Below the pieces are notes generated by a model, which made no database searches, was not told the DNA's origin, and worked only from the letters and a program-made list of their open reading frames with translations. Positions 5,947 to 8,356 of a stretch of DNA of 8,356 bases are shown piece after piece (the first letter of the stretch is position 1; each line of letters opens with the position of its first letter). The stretch lies in contig JADFSZ010000072.1 of NCBI GenBank assembly GCA_022560555.1, forward strand, positions 1 to 8,356. Direction: 5' to 3'. Made by a program: the position numbers and the translations under genes. Origin of the DNA: PVC group bacterium (GTDB lineage: Bacteria > GCA-001730085 > JADFSZ01).

Positions 5947-7404
5947 AAGGCTTCTCATTTTCCCACTCCTATTAAGACGTATCACGAAGGTGATAACCGT
6001 GTGTTGGTGTATGACATCGACCGGGACACTCGTGTGGATTATGAGCAGGTGCTCTTTACCGAGGGAGGGGTTCAGGAGTTGCGCTATGATATCAATGAGG
6101 ATGGTTCATGGGACATCATCATTGAGCTTGCGAAACAAGCACATCCGAAAAAGATCCTTATCGGATTAGACGGGGTTCCGTATTCGCTCATGAAAGAACT
6201 TTATGATCAAGGGTATTTTCAGATGTTCCGCCCGCCGTCGCGTCTTTTTTCGGTGTTGCCGGCCATAACAGAAATGTTTTTAACGGAATTTTTGGGTGTG
6301 CGGTATCCCAGCGGTTACGGACTCAGTTATTTTAATAAGACCAACAATCGGCTGGAAGGAAGTCTTCTGCATGGGGATGAAATTGCTATTTGGGATGACA
6401 TTTATGACTATATCAGTCCCATTCCTGACAAAGGTCTTTTTTATATGTTACCAAAAACAGGAACCGCGGATGTGAGGGCGTTGAAAAGAGTGATTCGAAG
6501 ATTGTATGATAAGCAGGATTTACTTATGCTGCATTTAGATGCCACGGATTCTCTGTGTCATAAATTCGGGGGCGAAGAATTAGTGGCCTTGCTCAAAAAG
6601 TTTGATCTTGGGCTGCAGGAAATTTATCATGAGTTTCAGGGAAATATGGAAATCATCCTTTATTCGGATCACGGAAATAATCTCGTTGAAAGCGACCGGA
6701 TTGCGATTGAGGATTTTCTGACAGATCAGGGGTTTCAGATGAGATCAGACGGTGTGTATGACCAAGGGGATATTTATATTTTAGCGACCGGACTTATTAA
6801 CGCGGCCTATCTTTACACCCATGCCGAGACAGAACCCAAAATTGTCGAATCTCTCAAGGGGCTGGATGGAGTATTGTTTTCCATGTACCATGATGAAAAT
6901 ACGGACGATGTTATTTTGGTGTCCGAGGATGGTCAAGCAACCCTATCCAAGGATGAAAATTTTTACCGGTATACGATTGAAGATGGCGATCCCTTGGAGT
7001 TAGAGGCCATTGTGAAGCAATTAAAGTCTGAAGGACGTATGCGCGCTGATGGGTTTATTGAGGACGCGGATTGGCTCCAAAAAACAGCCAATCACAAATA
7101 TCCGGATATTATTCATCTCGCGTACAAAGCTATGACAAGTCTCGTTGTGCACAAGGCCGATGTGATGGTGTTTTTAGAGGATAAATGGTTGTGCGGAAGT
7201 CCCGCACTCAATCTTTGGCTTCGTTTCAAAAGCACACACGCGTCGCCCACGGCCGAATCTGTGACCGGGATTCTTATGAGTACCGATCAAATATTGCCGG
7301 AATACGTAAGAGCCAAAGATGCACTGGATATTATTGGCTTGCGCGATATGGTAAATGAACGTCTCAGGGAAAGAAACATTGAAATGAAAGAGAGATCAGA
7401 GTAA
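5857..7404 (+). CDS. Putative lipoprotein, divergent alkaline-phosphatase-superfamily (type I phosphodiesterase/nucleotide pyrophosphatase-like) metalloenzyme; function unknown
   Basis: A long uninterrupted ORF, co-directional with its neighbours and starting 6 nt after the asd stop. Signal plus lipobox: MNKIPAIIKIKKHHVLFALTCLILLLTVGC. The core shows ordered AP-superfamily positions: ILIGLDGVPY (D105), SVLPAITEMFLTEFLG (T138 at the nucleophile position), LDATDSLCHKFG (D231, H235), ILYSDHGN (D271, H272) and KSTHASP (H461). Confidence in the CDS call is high. The functional assignment is only about 0.5. Confidence 0.85.
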   Translation: MNKIPAIIKIKKHHVLFALTCLILLLTVGCKASHFPTPIKTYHEGDNRVLVYDIDRDTRVDYEQVLFTEGGVQELRYDINEDGSWDIIIELAKQAHPKKILIGLDGVPYSLMKELYDQGYFQMFRPPSRLFSVLPAITEMFLTEFLGVRYPSGYGLSYFNKTNNRLEGSLLHGDEIAIWDDIYDYISPIPDKGLFYMLPKTGTADVRALKRVIRRLYDKQDLLMLHLDATDSLCHKFGGEELVALLKKFDLGLQEIYHEFQGNMEIILYSDHGNNLVESDRIAIEDFLTDQGFQMRSDGVYDQGDIYILATGLINAAYLYTHAETEPKIVESLKGLDGVLFSMYHDENTDDVILVSEDGQATLSKDENFYRYTIEDGDPLELEAIVKQLKSEGRMRADGFIEDADWLQKTANHKYPDIIHLAYKAMTSLVVHKADVMVFLEDKWLCGSPALNLWLRFKSTHASPTAESVTGILMSTDQILPEYVRAKDALDIIGLRDMVNERLRERNIEMKERSE

Positions 7405-7438
7405 ATTGCTTTGGTATATCCATTAAGAAAGGTTTGTT

Positions 7439-8356
7439 ATGCATCAGACAGATAGCGATTTTTATGGCTTAGGTATTGCGCCCCAAATGATCAAGACCAT
7501 ATTGGCTTTGAAATTTACAATACCAACCCCGATTCAACATCAGGTGATACCGATTGCCAATGAGGGAAAAGATGTTATAGGGATTGCGCAAACAGGAACA
7601 GGAAAGACCATGGCGTTTGCCATCCCCATGATCCAACGATTGGCCAATGAAAAAGGACGTGGTCTCGTGATTGTGCCGACACGTGAACTGGCCTATCAAG
7701 TCGAGGAGAGTATCTTAAAGATTTCACAAACCATGAAAATCCGAACCGTGACACTCGTTGGTGGTGAACCTGTGCACAAACAAATCAAGCTTTTGCATCA
7801 AAACCCGCGGATATTAATTGCCACGCCCGGACGCCTCATTGATTTAATGGAGCAGCGAAAGGTTCATCTGCGGGATATCCGGATTCTTGTGTTAGATGAA
7901 GCCGATCGCATGCTGGACATGGGGTTTGCTCCGCAAATCAACACAATATTAAAAGGAGTTCCGAAAAAAAGGCAAACCATGTTTTTCTCCGCAACCATAC
8001 CGCCGCCCATTGTGAGAATGACATCCCTTTACATGTCAACCCCGGTTCATGTGGAGGTGGCCCCGTCAGGAACGGCGGCTGAGGGAGTCACACACGAGAT
8101 GTTCATTGTCCACCGGGATAAAAAAAGAGATCTTTTAGAAAAATTACTTGCCCAATATCGCGGGTCAGTTTTGTTGTTTTGCCGTACGAAGAGCGGAGCT
8201 TCGCGGTTGATTCGCCAGATTCAGAATATGGGTCATTCGGCGGCCGCTATTCATTCGGATCGTACTTTAGCCCAAAGAAGAGCCGCTCTGGCCGGGTTTA
8301 AGTCCGGGAAGTATCGCATTCTCGCGGCTACGGATATCGCGGCTCGAGGCATTGAT
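7439..8356 (+). CDS. DEAD-box ATP-dependent RNA helicase, N-terminal 306 codons (3' end lies outside the window)
   Basis: This ORF is not in the supplied track because it has no stop before the window end. ATG 7439 is the first start after the in-frame TAA at 7424..7426, with AAGAAAGG upstream. The translation carries all the canonical motifs in order: Q motif FTIPTPIQHQ; I AQTGTGKT (nt 7586..7609); Ia PTRELA; Ib TPGRL; II DEAD (nt 7895..7906); III SAT; IV LLFCRTK; V ATDIAARGID at the very end of the window. Confidence 0.93.
   Translation, partial: MHQTDSDFYGLGIAPQMIKTILALKFTIPTPIQHQVIPIANEGKDVIGIAQTGTGKTMAFAIPMIQRLANEKGRGLVIVPTRELAYQVEESILKISQTMKIRTVTLVGGEPVHKQIKLLHQNPRILIATPGRLIDLMEQRKVHLRDIRILVLDEADRMLDMGFAPQINTILKGVPKKRQTMFFSATIPPPIVRMTSLYMSTPVHVEVAPSGTAAEGVTHEMFIVHRDKKRDLLEKLLAQYRGSVLLFCRTKSGASRLIRQIQNMGHSAAAIHSDRTLAQRRAALAGFKSGKYRILAATDIAARGID

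Noticed and set aside
6821-7003. 60-aa alternate-frame + ORF inside the lipoprotein gene
   Set aside because: It is fully nested in the 515-aa ORF in another frame, with no RBS and no motif.
7469-7699. 76-aa minus-strand ORF listed in the track
   Set aside because: It is antisense to the Q motif, motif I and motif Ia region of the DEAD-box helicase, which explains this DNA far better.
5857-8356. Idea that an AP-superfamily (PglZ-like) protein next to a helicase is a BREX-like or other defence module
   Set aside because: The 515-aa protein carries an export signal and lipobox, so it is not cytoplasmic like PglZ. The helicase is a canonical DEAD-box RNA helicase with housekeeping motifs. No methyltransferase, nuclease, ATPase or other defence partners occur in the window, and no compositional break or mobile-element border is visible.
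1-8356. Scan for CRISPR repeats, tRNA/rRNA-like segments, inverted terminal repeats, integrase or transposase genes, long tandem repeats and strong intrinsic terminators
   Set aside because: I found none by eye. The only repeats seen are hexamer-scale, the coding density is near-continuous, and composition looks uniform across the window. There is therefore no evidence for a mobile or accessory island.

Overview
This is a gene-dense bacterial chromosomal segment of moderate GC. All six supported genes lie on the + strand, with very short or negative spacers. In order they are: the 3' part of ligA (NAD-dependent DNA ligase, cut by the left edge); a 154-bp intergenic region with a plausible sigma70 promoter; a secreted 878-aa two-module M16 zinc peptidase; leuB (3-isopropylmalate dehydrogenase), whose start overlaps the M16 stop; asd (aspartate-semialdehyde dehydrogenase); a 515-aa putative lipoprotein with no name I can assign; and the 5' part of a DEAD-box RNA helicase that runs off the right edge. 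The helicase is absent from the supplied ORF track because it has no stop in the window. I found no tRNA or rRNA, CRISPR array, IS or transposon ends, integrase, long repeat or clear intrinsic terminator. I also see no convincing multi-gene novel system: the window reads as ordinary housekeeping and envelope genes. The least understood element is the 515-aa lipoprotein. By eye it has a complete but divergent alkaline-phosphatase-superfamily catalytic set, preceded by two EF-hand-like acidic loops. All minus-strand and alternate-frame ORFs in the track look like shadow ORFs of the conserved + strand genes. All homology statements rest on motif recognition by eye, not on searches.
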